Shown one piece after another: positions 28,581-39,212 of a stretch of DNA of 64,000 bases. Numbering within the stretch: position 1 is the first letter of the stretch; the number at the start of each line of letters is the position of its first letter. The notes beneath the pieces were generated by a model that was given only the letters and a program-made list of their open reading frames with translations, was not told where the DNA came from and did no database searches. The translations under genes and the position numbers were made by a program. Source of the stretch: a bacterium (GTDB lineage Bacteria > Patescibacteriota > Minisyncoccia > Phycocordibacterales > UBA12088); the NCBI GenBank assembly GCA_003252295.1, contig QKEV01000013.1, positions 25,920-89,919 on the forward strand. Direction: 5' to 3'.

Positions 28581-30921
28581 CTAAAAATGCAACCGGGTAT
28601 GTGTACTTCAGAACAACACCATCGTACGCCTGTCGAGCAACCCCTTCTTGCAAGACTCCACCACTCACAAATACGTAAGCATCTTTCTGTATACTGCCAG
28701 GAAATATGTTTCCACTCACTGGTGTTGTGAGTACTGCTTGCAACTTTTTCTTTCCAAAGCGATCAGCTTGTACCAACGGTTCTTTTGTTGTGGTCGCCAT
28801 ATCCTCAAATATCTGCTGCTGAAGCCAGAGTATGGCTTCCTCCTCTGCGTCGGTCACTACGTAGTGATCATAGTCATCACCAGAGTTGTTGAGGTGTACT
28901 GGTGGTATGCTTCCTCCAACAAGTTGTGCAAAAACTCCTGTAGAAAAAAGAAAGAATAGTACAGCAAGTGCTCCAGTATACCTAAGTACTGTTTGATCTG
29001 ACACATCACGCCTTGGGAGTCCAAAGAATGTAACCCACCTTTCAGTAAGATGTGCTACTCCTCGTGCCAACATAATGAGACCGAGTACCATGAATGGCAC
29101 CAACACGAAGAGTGATTGCTGTATTGCACGGAAAACGCCATACTCCTTTGATAAGAGCGGAACAACCATACAGCTCACAATGAAGACCATACTCGCTGCT
29201 GCGAGCGCATACATCTCATCATCAAAACGACGTATCCAGCTCCGGTTATAGAGTGCATAGATGAGTCCCAGGAGAATTGCTAGCTGCAACAACTTTGACA
29301 ATATCTTGCCACTTGCAAGTACCACTTCACCTACACCAAGGAAAGATCCAAAAGTAGTAACGGGAAGAACATCGTCTGGCACGAGCATGTACTCGTACCC
29401 CTCGTACGTTTCTTGAGGAAAGTACAGATCTGGATTTTCTGCTCGTTCATCTTGCACCTCACCAGCAATGAAATCTTCCATAGTGTAATCAGTGGTTCCA
29501 TGATCAAATGAGAAGAAGACAAATACGTCCTGTGAGTATGAACTACCGGTAAAGCCTCCCAAAACTGCACCCATCACATCACCAGCCACTTCCTCTGCAT
29601 GACCACCAGTACCAGTGATCACGTTTGTCCACGCAAAGCTCACCATGACGAGCATGAAGATAATAGGAAGTGTTATGGCACGCTTTCGATACGTCGAGGT
29701 ACTGAGGTTCTTGAAATATGACGGAATAAAACTACCAAACAAACGTAACACTGTTACCACAAGGTAGGTAATCATGAGAACAAACAAGACCGTATAGGTT
29801 GTCGAGTAGTGCGAAAGTACCACACCAACACCAAAGAGAAAGAACAATGTTCTCCTCGCAAAGAGTGATAAGTGACGCTCGAAGAGTACGTACACCATGA
29901 GACCAAAAAACAAGAAAGCAACCTCCTGTCGTATGAGAAATGGCATATCTTGGAAAAAAGTCGGGAACGCCATGAAGCAGAGTCCAGTAAGAAAAGCCAA
30001 TCTGTGGTTGAGCCACGTTCTTGCGGTGAGGTACACCAATACAAGCACGAGTGCAAAAAGTACTTGAAGGAGTACCTTGTAAACATACGGATCAGCAATG
30101 TGTAATGTGTTGACTAAGAGTGTCGGCAACACTGTGATAGATAAGCAGGCATTGTACGCATCTACATAGGTAGACACGTCCCAGAGACCAGCACCCTTTG
30201 CGAGCTGAAAGACAAAAAACTCACGTTGTATATCATGGCCGGACACAAACCATCCTCGAAGTGATGTCATGAAGAGTAGTGCAAGTGCGTTCAGGTACAG
30301 AATTGCTGGTATTACCTGTTTCTCAATACGATTTACAAAGATAACCACTAAGAAACTGTAGAGCGCCATAGCGGCTAACATGAGCAACGTGGTGTTGTCT
30401 TCAATCCCATTATTGAGTCGTACCGCACCATCAATACTCGTCACTACAAAAAATAAAGGTGGTAGCATGAAGGCAAGACCAAGCTTGGTCTCTGCAATAA
30501 GAAAACGAGGTACATGAACAACTAACTCCTCTATATCTTTTAAAGAAAAATATAAAAGAGTGAATAGAACGACACTAAAGAGAAACCAAAGCGGCAATGC
30601 ATCAAGTGGACGAGATATTCCAACAAATGGCAGGAACCAGTTTGCAGCAAGTGCTATGAACATAAGTTCAAGTACACTCACACCTACAGATACCAACACA
30701 GTCCCCCACCCCTTTAGCTGCCTAAGATTAAAAATGCCGAGCGTCAGTATACCGGGTAGTATAAAAAACAGCGGCACACCCAAAAGATACAGCACACCAA
30801 ACATCGTGTTTGCAGAAAGAGAAAGTGTGAGCACAATAGCCCACAGAGCAACAACACCTGCTATAACATTTTTCTTTGTCAGTTTTAATTCCATAACAGT
30901 TCTTCGTACAACGTCATACAT
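28528..30921 (-). CDS. Very large polytopic membrane protein with C-terminal extracytoplasmic domain (DUF2206-like / putative glycan polymerase or oligosaccharyltransferase-like)
   Basis: 797 aa; about 16 TM helices then a ~300-aa soluble domain; sits inside the glycosyltransferase cluster. Confidence 0.4.
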   Translation of the reverse strand: MYDVVRRTVMELKLTKKNVIAGVVALWAIVLTLSLSANTMFGVLYLLGVPLFFILPGILTLGIFNLRQLKGWGTVLVSVGVSVLELMFIALAANWFLPFVGISRPLDALPLWFLFSVVLFTLLYFSLKDIEELVVHVPRFLIAETKLGLAFMLPPLFFVVTSIDGAVRLNNGIEDNTTLLMLAAMALYSFLVVIFVNRIEKQVIPAILYLNALALLFMTSLRGWFVSGHDIQREFFVFQLAKGAGLWDVSTYVDAYNACLSITVLPTLLVNTLHIADPYVYKVLLQVLFALVLVLVYLTARTWLNHRLAFLTGLCFMAFPTFFQDMPFLIRQEVAFLFFGLMVYVLFERHLSLFARRTLFFLFGVGVVLSHYSTTYTVLFVLMITYLVVTVLRLFGSFIPSYFKNLSTSTYRKRAITLPIIFMLVMVSFAWTNVITGTGGHAEEVAGDVMGAVLGGFTGSSYSQDVFVFFSFDHGTTDYTMEDFIAGEVQDERAENPDLYFPQETYEGYEYMLVPDDVLPVTTFGSFLGVGEVVLASGKILSKLLQLAILLGLIYALYNRSWIRRFDDEMYALAAASMVFIVSCMVVPLLSKEYGVFRAIQQSLFVLVPFMVLGLIMLARGVAHLTERWVTFFGLPRRDVSDQTVLRYTGALAVLFFLFSTGVFAQLVGGSIPPVHLNNSGDDYDHYVVTDAEEEAILWLQQQIFEDMATTTKEPLVQADRFGKKKLQAVLTTPVSGNIFPGSIQKDAYVFVSGGVLQEGVARQAYDGVVLKYTYPVAFLDANKSLVFNNGEVRIYK

Positions 30922-33149
30922 GAGTCAGCCACCTTTTTCCAGGTGAACTGCTCGGCATGTTGAACACTCTTCTTTTTCAAACGGACGAGCTCATCTCTAT
31001 CGTTGTGTAGACGCTTCACCGCTTCAGCGAACGCTTCAGGTGTCTGCGGAGAAACGAGTACGCCTGCATCCTGTACGAGCTCACGCAATCCCATTACATC
31101 AGAAGCAACAACTACTAGTCCTGCCGCATGCGCTTCAAGTACTGAAAGTGGCATACCCTCCTTGTCCGAGGTGGTGATAAACACGTCAGAAGTTCTATGG
31201 TACGCACGTACCTCCTCCGGATTTTTCCTGCCAGCAAAGGTCACATTTTTGAGACCTTTATCTGCAGCAAGTTGCTGTAGCTTTTTCCTATCCTCTCCAT
31301 CACCAACAATAGTTAGCTCTGCAATGTCGGTGAGGTGCTTCATGGTGAGCAGTAACCTATCAACCCGTTTCTGCACGGTAAGCCGTCCAACATACAAAAG
31401 TTGCAACATTGCAGTGTCATCATGCGCACTTGTTCTATTGAAGTACTCTTCACCAACACCGTTTGGAATAATACGCACGAGTGCTTCTGCAACACCGTAC
31501 CGCTCTACAACGAGCTGCTTCTGCTCTTCAGAAAACACAATAACCCTGTTCCCTCTCCTCAAAACAAAACCGAGTATATACTTTTTGTACAGCACAAAGA
31601 GTGGACCTAAGATACCTGATGGTTCCACATCAAGATGAAAATGAAACACTAATGGAAAACTTCGTAAACGGGCAATCAAAAGTGCCACCTCTGGAAGACC
31701 CAGCTGAGCAAGGTGTACATGGAGCACGCTGTTTTTAGGAAGAGTGAGAAGCCTATACGGGAGCATCCAGAGTATTGGTGTATGCGCTACCTCAGTAGTC
31801 TTCAGGCGATGCACTGAACAGTTTCCCATCTCTGTTGTACTTGGGTACCGCTTTGCATCGACATTACTCGTGAATACGTGCACCTTCTTCCCTCTCTTCG
31901 ACTGCTCAACTGCGAGCTCCTGTGCCACCACCTCCATACCGCCGACATGTGGTGGGTAGTAGGCAACCAGGTGAGCAATAGCATCCTGCGTACCCAGTAT
32001 ACGAAGGAAAAGATCATTGTATGAGTGCACCCTATCTTCCCATGAGTACAAGGTACTCACCTTCTCCATCCCCTTTACTCCATACCCTTCTCTCTTCTTT
32101 TTATCTTGCAAGAGATCTATGAGGGCACTCGCAAAAACTTTTACCCGTCCAGGTTCAGTGAGTAGTCCTGTCGTACCATGATCCACGAGTAGTGGCACAC
32201 CACCAACACGGGTGCTCACCACCGGAAGACCTGTCGCCATAGCCTCTGCTATAACCATACCAAAACTTTCATTCTTCGTTGGAAGTGCAAACAAGCTCGC
32301 TTTCTGAAACTCTTCCACTAATGCAGCACCATCAAGGTAACCTGTAAAACGCACCGCATCATCTATACCGAGTTCTCGAGTTCTCCTTTCGTACCACTCC
32401 CTCTTATCTCCATCTCCCACGATGGTAAGTTGAGCTTCTGGCACCTTTTTCTTTACGAGAACGAACGCATTGAAGAGTATATCGAGACCTTTATGTTCAT
32501 CTTTCGCACCAAGTCCTGCAACAAAGAGAATGTTGCCCTCCTTCCTTTTGGTTGCATCAGGTATAAAACGTACAGTGTCTACCCCCGGAGTGATGGTACT
32601 GCTCTTATGTTTGTACCGACTCAGAAAATCCTCGCGTACAGAATCAGAAACACACACGATATGGTGAGCTCGCCACAGAAGGAATCGTAGAGGAATACTC
32701 TCGTACAACCCAACAATAAGGTCTAGCAAGAAGTACCCCTTCTTCATACTATTCGTATGGTACGTCACCACAAGTGGTGTACTGCGTTTTTTGAGCAGTG
32801 TCACCACATCACCAAGACCAGGGACCGGCATGTGTACGTTAATGAGATCTGGATTGAGTTCCTTGAGAAGCTTCTTTACCTGCAGGAACCAGGAAAACGA
32901 AAACGGCGTATTTGAAACAGTGAATGAAATCGGCAAACGATACAGTGCAACCTCCCCCACCTTCTCTACGGTCAACTCTTTACCTACTCCTGTTGTGAGC
33001 ACAATAGCACTCCACTTCTCTGTATCAAAACGTGTCGTCACTTCAAACAGGTAACGCTCAAGACCACCACTATGTGGTGGAAAGTATGGGGCTACAAATA
33101 GCACTGTTTTCTTTTGTGTATCTTTGTTACTCATTGTACAGTTCGCCAT
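30885..33149 (-). CDS. Tandem fusion of two GT4 glycosyltransferase domains
   Basis: 754 aa; EX7E-type motifs at FGMVIAEAMATGLPVVSTRVGG and EGMPLSVLEAHAAGLVVVASDVMG. Confidence 0.8.
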   Translation of the reverse strand: MANCTMSNKDTQKKTVLFVAPYFPPHSGGLERYLFEVTTRFDTEKWSAIVLTTGVGKELTVEKVGEVALYRLPISFTVSNTPFSFSWFLQVKKLLKELNPDLINVHMPVPGLGDVVTLLKKRSTPLVVTYHTNSMKKGYFLLDLIVGLYESIPLRFLLWRAHHIVCVSDSVREDFLSRYKHKSSTITPGVDTVRFIPDATKRKEGNILFVAGLGAKDEHKGLDILFNAFVLVKKKVPEAQLTIVGDGDKREWYERRTRELGIDDAVRFTGYLDGAALVEEFQKASLFALPTKNESFGMVIAEAMATGLPVVSTRVGGVPLLVDHGTTGLLTEPGRVKVFASALIDLLQDKKKREGYGVKGMEKVSTLYSWEDRVHSYNDLFLRILGTQDAIAHLVAYYPPHVGGMEVVAQELAVEQSKRGKKVHVFTSNVDAKRYPSTTEMGNCSVHRLKTTEVAHTPILWMLPYRLLTLPKNSVLHVHLAQLGLPEVALLIARLRSFPLVFHFHLDVEPSGILGPLFVLYKKYILGFVLRRGNRVIVFSEEQKQLVVERYGVAEALVRIIPNGVGEEYFNRTSAHDDTAMLQLLYVGRLTVQKRVDRLLLTMKHLTDIAELTIVGDGEDRKKLQQLAADKGLKNVTFAGRKNPEEVRAYHRTSDVFITTSDKEGMPLSVLEAHAAGLVVVASDVMGLRELVQDAGVLVSPQTPEAFAEAVKRLHNDRDELVRLKKKSVQHAEQFTWKKVADSCMTLYEELLWN

Positions 33150-33837
33150 TTGTTACATAGCTAACATCACTCCTCTTTCCTATATGTTGAAACACTCGCT
33201 CCAATCGCTTCCAATCATTATTTTTTTCCAGTTCCCAGCTATGCCCCCACAGGTGAAACACTCCTCCTGTTTCTCTTACTCTATCAAACATGAGTATGGC
33301 AAGCCTATCCCAATGTCTCCATACGCGAAGGAAGGTCAATATATTGAAACGAGTAAGCACGAGCATGCGGAACACATCAGACCAGTGATTATACGTATGT
33401 ACACTTGTGCGTACCGCAAATGGATCTTCACTTTTTGTAAAACAAAAACGTTCTACCGTACGAGCATTACTAAACCCCAGATCACGAACAATATGACTGA
33501 TTTCTTTTGTGTACTTACCTCTTGGGTAACAAAAACTCACCACAGACTTGTTCGTAATGTTCTCTAAGTACTCTTTGGACTCTATGATTTCGTTCTGCAC
33601 CTCAACCGGTGTAAGTTTGGTGAGTTCCCGATGACTCATGGTATGAGCTCCCACTTCAAACACCTCAGCCAGTTTAGCTACCGCTTCATCGTTCAAACAT
33701 TCACCTGCTCCTAGTTCACTATTTTTTGGAGCAACGTAAAACGTCCCCCTTAATCCATACTGCTTCATCAGCTCTGCTACATGCGTATCAAGCACATGTC
33801 CATCATCCCAGCTAGTTGTTACTACGACTTCCTTCAT
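33127..33837 (-). CDS. Polysaccharide deacetylase (NodB homology, CE4)
   Basis: 236 aa; TSWDDGH (TFDDG variant) and HTMSH motifs. Confidence 0.7.
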   Translation of the reverse strand: MKEVVVTTSWDDGHVLDTHVAELMKQYGLRGTFYVAPKNSELGAGECLNDEAVAKLAEVFEVGAHTMSHRELTKLTPVEVQNEIIESKEYLENITNKSVVSFCYPRGKYTKEISHIVRDLGFSNARTVERFCFTKSEDPFAVRTSVHTYNHWSDVFRMLVLTRFNILTFLRVWRHWDRLAILMFDRVRETGGVFHLWGHSWELEKNNDWKRLERVFQHIGKRSDVSYVTNGELYNE

Positions 33838-33842
33838 ACCAC

Positions 33843-35030
33843 TTATACTAAAGCGTGCTTAAGGTTACGCACAACAAATTTCCAATCATACTGTGCAACA
33901 TCACGTTCTGGATTCATTGCATGACGACTATCGAGCACCTGTACTATCTTGTCAGCCAGTGCAGTTTCATCTGTCTCTGTCAGGAATCCGTTTACCCCCT
34001 CAACTATCAGATCCTTAGCAGCGTTGTTAGTGTGTGAGGTTGTTATAGCCGGCAATCCAAGAGCATTAGCCTCAAGCACAACCAACCCAAACCCCTCTTG
34101 CACGGAAGGAAGCACGAGCATTTTTGATGCCTTCATAAACTTGTACTGCTCCCCTGCCTTCACTGAATCAAAAATGGAGACATTTTTCTGGAGCTCTAAG
34201 TTACCAATGAGTGTTTGCAGTGTTATTTTTTCAGGACCATTTCCAATAATATTACACACTATGTTTGGGTACCTAGTTTTTACAATTGCTATCGCTTTCA
34301 CTAAGGTATCGATGTGCTTATGATGCAAAAGTCTACCAACAAAAATTACATCACTTTCATTTCCATCTGGATACACCGAACGCAGGTATTCTGTATCTAC
34401 ACCAAGGGGTATGGTTTCAATAGTTTTCCTCACCCCAGCATGGCGTAAACGAGCTGTGGTATGTTTTGAGTTCGATAAGATAACATCAGGCATACGAAAT
34501 GAAAGCTGTTCAACGAGGTGTGCTACCCATCCAACTACTCCACCTAGGTACTCGTTCCACTTCTCCCTGCCACACACCTCATGCCATGTTGCATACATTT
34601 TTTTACCCTTGATCCAAGTTACGATTCGCGCACTAAAGAGTGGGAAGTACGGCATATGATCTACATCGACCACATCAAACTTTTCAAAAAGAAGTTTAAG
34701 GGTGGCAAATCCAAACATGATAGCCTCGTACATTGAACGACGGCCACGAGTATACATTGGATACTGTTTACAGAGCGCATGGTATTGCACACCTTCATGT
34801 TGTACCACACGAGGTCCATCCCACCACTTCATGGTATAGACATGTACCTCACATGAATCACTCACGAGTCGTTTTGCTAGTTCATAGAGTCTCCTTTCCT
34901 TACCACCATTATGATACGGAAGCACCGCATCTGACACGAATGCTATGCGACGCACAGACTCATCATGCAACGCTTTTTTTTCCTTTACATTTGCTGTGTT
35001 ATGTTTGCTGTTCATATTATGCAAAAACAC
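33843..35030 (-). CDS. Glycosyltransferase family 4
   Basis: 395 aa; EGFGLVVLEANALGLPAITT. Confidence 0.85.
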   Translation of the reverse strand: MFLHNMNSKHNTANVKEKKALHDESVRRIAFVSDAVLPYHNGGKERRLYELAKRLVSDSCEVHVYTMKWWDGPRVVQHEGVQYHALCKQYPMYTRGRRSMYEAIMFGFATLKLLFEKFDVVDVDHMPYFPLFSARIVTWIKGKKMYATWHEVCGREKWNEYLGGVVGWVAHLVEQLSFRMPDVILSNSKHTTARLRHAGVRKTIETIPLGVDTEYLRSVYPDGNESDVIFVGRLLHHKHIDTLVKAIAIVKTRYPNIVCNIIGNGPEKITLQTLIGNLELQKNVSIFDSVKAGEQYKFMKASKMLVLPSVQEGFGLVVLEANALGLPAITTSHTNNAAKDLIVEGVNGFLTETDETALADKIVQVLDSRHAMNPERDVAQYDWKFVVRNLKHALV

Positions 35031-35823
35031 GTCGCTTCTTAAGGTGTGGAACCTTTACAACGTACGATACATCCGGACTCCAAAAATAGTTCTTTAAAAA
35101 CACAAAGAGAATACGAAGACCATCTCTAAACGGTTTTAGGTTTGACTCACCACTTCGTGCAATGTACGAGATCGGTACACAAAATATATTTTCACCAAGA
35201 CGAGCCATCTTTGTTACCATATCCATCTCTATACTAAAATCACCCGCTGTCAGGTACGGACGAAGTCGATTTAACGCATGGTAGTTCCATGCAAAGTATC
35301 CAGTGAGCACATCAGTGATGTTTGCGTGATAGAACATACGAACCAAGAATGAGAACACCCAGTTCCCAAATCGATTACGTCTGCTCATGGCACCCTTCAC
35401 TATTCTTCCAGTAAGTCGTGATCCGATCACCACACTCGCAAAACGAGACTCGAGTGGTTCAATGAGTCGGAAGAGTTCATCTGCTTGGTATGTGTTGTCT
35501 CCGTCAATCATGACTACATAGTCTGTGTCACTTGGTACGTTTTCAAATGCGGTACGCATTGCGTTTCCTTTTCCAGGATTAGATTCATGTATCACAAAAG
35601 CACCATGTTCACGAGCAACACGCGTAGTAGCATCTGTTGAATTGTTATCAACTACTATAATTTCCAACTCGTATCCTTCACGAGTTTTTACCACCTGTTT
35701 GAAACCATCAATAACGGCACCAACACCCTCCTCTTCATTTCTGCATGGTATGAGGGCCGTGATTTTTTTCTTTACCCCGCCTTGGCGGTGGTTTAGTTTT
35801 GTTTTCATATACAAAAGGTACAC
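35017..35823 (-). CDS. GT2 glycosyltransferase (polyprenol-phosphate sugar transferase / DPM1-like)
   Basis: 268 aa; ALIPCRNEE...VVDNNSTD...IDGDNTY DXD-type motifs. Confidence 0.85.
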   Translation of the reverse strand: MYLLYMKTKLNHRQGGVKKKITALIPCRNEEEGVGAVIDGFKQVVKTREGYELEIIVVDNNSTDATTRVAREHGAFVIHESNPGKGNAMRTAFENVPSDTDYVVMIDGDNTYQADELFRLIEPLESRFASVVIGSRLTGRIVKGAMSRRNRFGNWVFSFLVRMFYHANITDVLTGYFAWNYHALNRLRPYLTAGDFSIEMDMVTKMARLGENIFCVPISYIARSGESNLKPFRDGLRILFVFLKNYFWSPDVSYVVKVPHLKKRRVFA

Positions 35824-36115
35824 ACATATTTGTGTACATATGACTTACTAATGTCGACCTGCTAAAAAAGATGAGTATGCACTGTTTTGTGCATTTTTGA
35901 GTGCATGCGTACATACCCTCAAACTCTTCTCAGATTACCACAATTTTATATAATAGTCAATGTTTCTATGGTCTACACTTCTTGTGCAGGTAGACCAAAA
36001 AAACCTTGTTTTATATAGGTTTTTCCACATCGAGGTAGTAGATGTACTGCACACATGGTGCTATCTTGTATGTACCCCCTGCTCAAAAGCGCTCTAAAGC
36101 ACTTCAATTTAAAAC

Positions 36116-37354
36116 TTGAAATTCTTGCCAACAATGTTTTTTGCATTGTTGCTTTTTTATTACCTTAGTAACCACCACACAATCATGTCTACATCACACC
36201 GAAAGATGTATAAACTTAACAAAAAAGTAGGGATTTTTCTTGTACTCGCTATCACCTATTGGGCAACTGGACTTCCAGGCACACTCTTTGTTGCACAAGC
36301 GGCACAACTTAGCTCACTCAAGGACACTATCTCAACAAGTGCTCCTGGAGTTGGTGCAGACCATACAATAGAGTTCACAACACCAACCGGTGTTCCAGCT
36401 GACGGATCTACCATCGTGATAAGCATGCCGACTGGATTTGATGTAACTTCTATCACTGAAGATGATGTGGATATAACGGATGATACAGTCGATCTTACTA
36501 CTGATACGGTTTGTGGTGCGGTCAATGCAGCAGTCACCATCTCAGGGCAAGATATAACTATTGAAATCTGTAATGGTGGTGGTGGAGCTATAGCAGCTGA
36601 CAGTGCTGTTGCAATTGAAATCGGGACGAACGCTACCGCTTCTGGCACAGGTGCAAACCAAGTGGTTAACCATGCCGATGAGGGCAGTTACACGGTATCA
36701 GTTGCTGGAACTATGGAAGATTCAGGGGACACCAGTATTGCCATCGTTGAGAGTGTGCAGGTAAGCGCTGCTGTTGGTACCCTCTTTACCTTCAGTGTTA
36801 CCGGTGTCGATGAAGGGGTTACAGTAAATGATGAGACTGTATTAACCTCTGCTAGCACTACAGCAACAAGCGTACCATTTGGCACACTTGCCCCAAACGT
36901 ACCAAAAGTGCTCGCACAAGAACTGCGTGTAGACACGAATGCTCTAAACGGTTTTTCTGTCACTATTGAGGCAGATCAAACACTCACTGCAGGCAACAAT
37001 GCAACTATTGATGCATTTGCAGACGGCAGTCCTGTTGCCTCAACAACCACATGGTCAAAACCATCTGGTACCGTTGGCAGCACTGACACGTATGGACATT
37101 GGGGTATAACGAGTGATGATGATGATATTTCAGGTCTTGCAACAGACAACTGGGGAGTGGGTGAGGCAGCATACCGTGGAGACTTCATAAATAACCCACT
37201 TGAAGTCTTCTTCAATGACGGCCCTGTCACGAGCAGCTCTGGTGTAGGTGTTGGATCAACCACCGTTGCTTTTAAAATAGAGGTTTCTCCCCTTCAGGAA
37301 GCAGCAACTGACTACACGGCAAACATCATGTATATAGCGACGCCTGTGTTTTAG
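36116..37354 (+). CDS. Secreted T/S/D/G-rich cell-surface protein (possible major surface/S-layer-like glycoprotein)
   Basis: 412 aa ORF; probable true start MYKLNKK at 36206 with a signal/anchor helix. Low-complexity Thr/Ser/Asp/Gly composition. Followed by a strong terminator. Confidence 0.5.
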   Translation: MKFLPTMFFALLLFYYLSNHHTIMSTSHRKMYKLNKKVGIFLVLAITYWATGLPGTLFVAQAAQLSSLKDTISTSAPGVGADHTIEFTTPTGVPADGSTIVISMPTGFDVTSITEDDVDITDDTVDLTTDTVCGAVNAAVTISGQDITIEICNGGGGAIAADSAVAIEIGTNATASGTGANQVVNHADEGSYTVSVAGTMEDSGDTSIAIVESVQVSAAVGTLFTFSVTGVDEGVTVNDETVLTSASTTATSVPFGTLAPNVPKVLAQELRVDTNALNGFSVTIEADQTLTAGNNATIDAFADGSPVASTTTWSKPSGTVGSTDTYGHWGITSDDDDISGLATDNWGVGEAAYRGDFINNPLEVFFNDGPVTSSSGVGVGSTTVAFKIEVSPLQEAATDYTANIMYIATPVF

Positions 37355-37387
37355 TATTCTGACTTCTTAGTTCAGTGTTCTGAGTAT

Positions 37388-37421
37388 CAAAAAACCGCTC
37401 AAAAGCGGTTTTTTGTTTTTT
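37388..37421. terminator. Bidirectional rho-independent terminator between the surface-protein gene and rplK
   Basis: aaccgct-caaa-agcggtt flanked by an A-run upstream and TTTTTTGTTTTTT downstream. Confidence 0.7.
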
Positions 37422-37432
37422 AGTTTTGAAAC

Positions 37433-37855
37433 CTATTTAACCTCTACACCCATTGAACGTGCTGTTCCTTCAATGATCTTCATTGCAGCTTCAACATCAT
37501 TTGCATTAAGGTCTTCCATTTTCTCCTCAGCGATCTCCCTGATCTGATCCTTTGTGATGATACCTGCCTTTGAGACAAGATTTTTTCCTGACCCCTTTGG
37601 CTTGCCGATCTTTTTGAGAATAAGCCGTGAAGCAGGCGGAGTCTTCATGATGAAGTCGTATGAACGGTCATCGTAGACTGAGATCACTACCGGGATCACT
37701 GATCCCATCTTATCGCGCGTTGCCTCGTTGAACTTATTAACGAAGTCACCAATATTAATACCAGCCTGACCTAGTGCAGGACCTACCGGTGGAGCTGGGT
37801 TTGCCTTCCCTGCTTCAATTTGAAGTTTAACTTGTTTTACTACTGTTTTTGCCAT
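37433..37855 (-). CDS. rplK: 50S ribosomal protein L11
   Basis: 140 aa; [14 protein letters not shown] hallmark. Confidence 0.97.
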   Translation of the reverse strand: MAKTVVKQVKLQIEAGKANPAPPVGPALGQAGINIGDFVNKFNEATRDKMGSVIPVVISVYDDRSYDFIMKTPPASRLILKKIGKPKGSGKNLVSKAGIITKDQIREIAEEKMEDLNANDVEAAMKIIEGTARSMGVEVK

Positions 37856-37945
37856 ATTTTTCTTATCTTTACTGCCGAGTTAGAAGCATACTCAGCAAAA
37901 TTTGATGTTCGGATACTTTACTCTAAGTATCCATGCTAATCAATA

Positions 37946-38494
37946 CTACACTCTACGTACCTGTAAGAAGTCTAGTTCTACAGGTGTCTCGCGACCAAAC
38001 ATTGGCACAAGCACTTTTACTTTTCCACGTTCCTCATCAACCTCACCGACCTTCCCTTCAAGATCCTTAAATGGTCCATCAGCAACAATAACTGCATCAT
38101 CGATAGCAAGGTCGATCTTATGCTTCACTGTATCACTGTTCATACGCTTAAAGAGACCCTCTACTTCTGTTTTACCAAGAGGAACTGGTTGCACGCCCGA
38201 ACCAACAAAACCAGTAACTCGCGGAGTATTTCGAACAACGTACCAGCTATTCTCATCAACAATCATATCCACCAAGAGGTAGCCAGGATATATCTTTTCT
38301 TCTTCCTCAACTCGTTTTCCTCCCTTTATCTTTATCTTCTTCTCTGTTGGAACGATAACATTAAATATCTTGTCCTCTACACCGAGTGATTCTATTCTTT
38401 GACGTAGGTTACGCTCTACAGCCTTCTCATACCCAGCGTAGGTATGAATGGCATACCAATTGCGTTCAGTGGATGTATTTTCTTCTTTTGACAT
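37946..38494 (-). CDS. nusG: Transcription termination/antitermination factor NusG
   Basis: 182 aa; NGN domain WYAIHTYAGYE; C-terminal KOW. Confidence 0.95.
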   Translation of the reverse strand: MSKEENTSTERNWYAIHTYAGYEKAVERNLRQRIESLGVEDKIFNVIVPTEKKIKIKGGKRVEEEEKIYPGYLLVDMIVDENSWYVVRNTPRVTGFVGSGVQPVPLGKTEVEGLFKRMNSDTVKHKIDLAIDDAVIVADGPFKDLEGKVGEVDEERGKVKVLVPMFGRETPVELDFLQVRRV

Positions 38495-38508
38495 AGGCGT
38501 ATTATTTT

Positions 38509-38718
38509 TTATATAGCTGCACCAGGAAGCATATGTTTAAGCGCCTGGGCTAAACCGTGATCAAGCAGCCCCAGATACACTGCAGTAGCAAGGGAGATAA
38601 GAATCACGAGCAACGTATAAACGATAGTCTGTCGCTGTGTTGGCCAACTTACGTGTTTCAACTCTCCACGAGTTGCACGGAAATAATTCATTAAACGATT
38701 CATAATTTCTTTTTGCAT
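38509..38718 (-). CDS. secE: Preprotein translocase subunit SecE
   Basis: 69 aa; single C-terminal TM; conserved position upstream of nusG-rplK. Confidence 0.85.
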   Translation of the reverse strand: MQKEIMNRLMNYFRATRGELKHVSWPTQRQTIVYTLLVILISLATAVYLGLLDHGLAQALKHMLPGAAI

Positions 38719-38854
38719 GTAAAGAAACCTATCGGTCTCTTGTTTAAAAAAACCGCCCTCGGGGCTGGTTATATGACTATAGTACTAAAAAATACCGTGA
38801 TGTCAAGAAATGAGTTAACCGCCTCAGAAAACTGAAGCGGTTATATACTTTGTA

Positions 38855-39118
38855 TCATACAAGGTTGGCTGGCTTATCGATCCAGACGGCACCACTGTGC
38901 CAATACAACGGTTTTTTTTCATTTTGGGAAAAGGCAAGAACGGCAGTCTTATGTACCTCATCACCCTGAAGATGGTGTAGCCTGCCACAAACAGAACATG
39001 GAAAAGCAACACCTGTTACCAAGATAATCTCTTTACTGAGCTCAATTCTCCCGTCACCACACAATGGATCTTTGCATTTCATCTCGTACCCCCATGTGTA
39101 TTTTATGTAACATTTCAA
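38855..39118 (-). CDS. Zinc-ribbon protein (two CxxC pairs), function unknown
   Basis: CKDPLCGDG...CSVCGRLHH. Confidence 0.35.
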   Translation of the reverse strand: MKCYIKYTWGYEMKCKDPLCGDGRIELSKEIILVTGVAFPCSVCGRLHHLQGDEVHKTAVLAFSQNEKKPLYWHSGAVWIDKPANLV

Positions 39119-39212
39119 TCAGAAAACCTACTGTGTTTTTTATACCAAGCATATCGTATTTGTCAACAAAAACACTGGCACATGTGTGCCAGTGTTTTAC
39201 TACAAACAAAAA

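Noticed and set aside
31003-31638. 211-aa plus-strand ORF inside the double-GT4 gene
   Set aside because: Antisense shadow ORF; Ser/Thr/Cys-rich; no motifs.
33124-33567. 147-aa plus-strand ORF 33124..33567
   Set aside because: Antisense to the polysaccharide deacetylase gene, which carries clear NodB motifs.
36256-37263. Minus-strand ORFs 36256..36648, 36688..36963, 36976..37263
   Set aside because: Antisense to the surface-protein gene.
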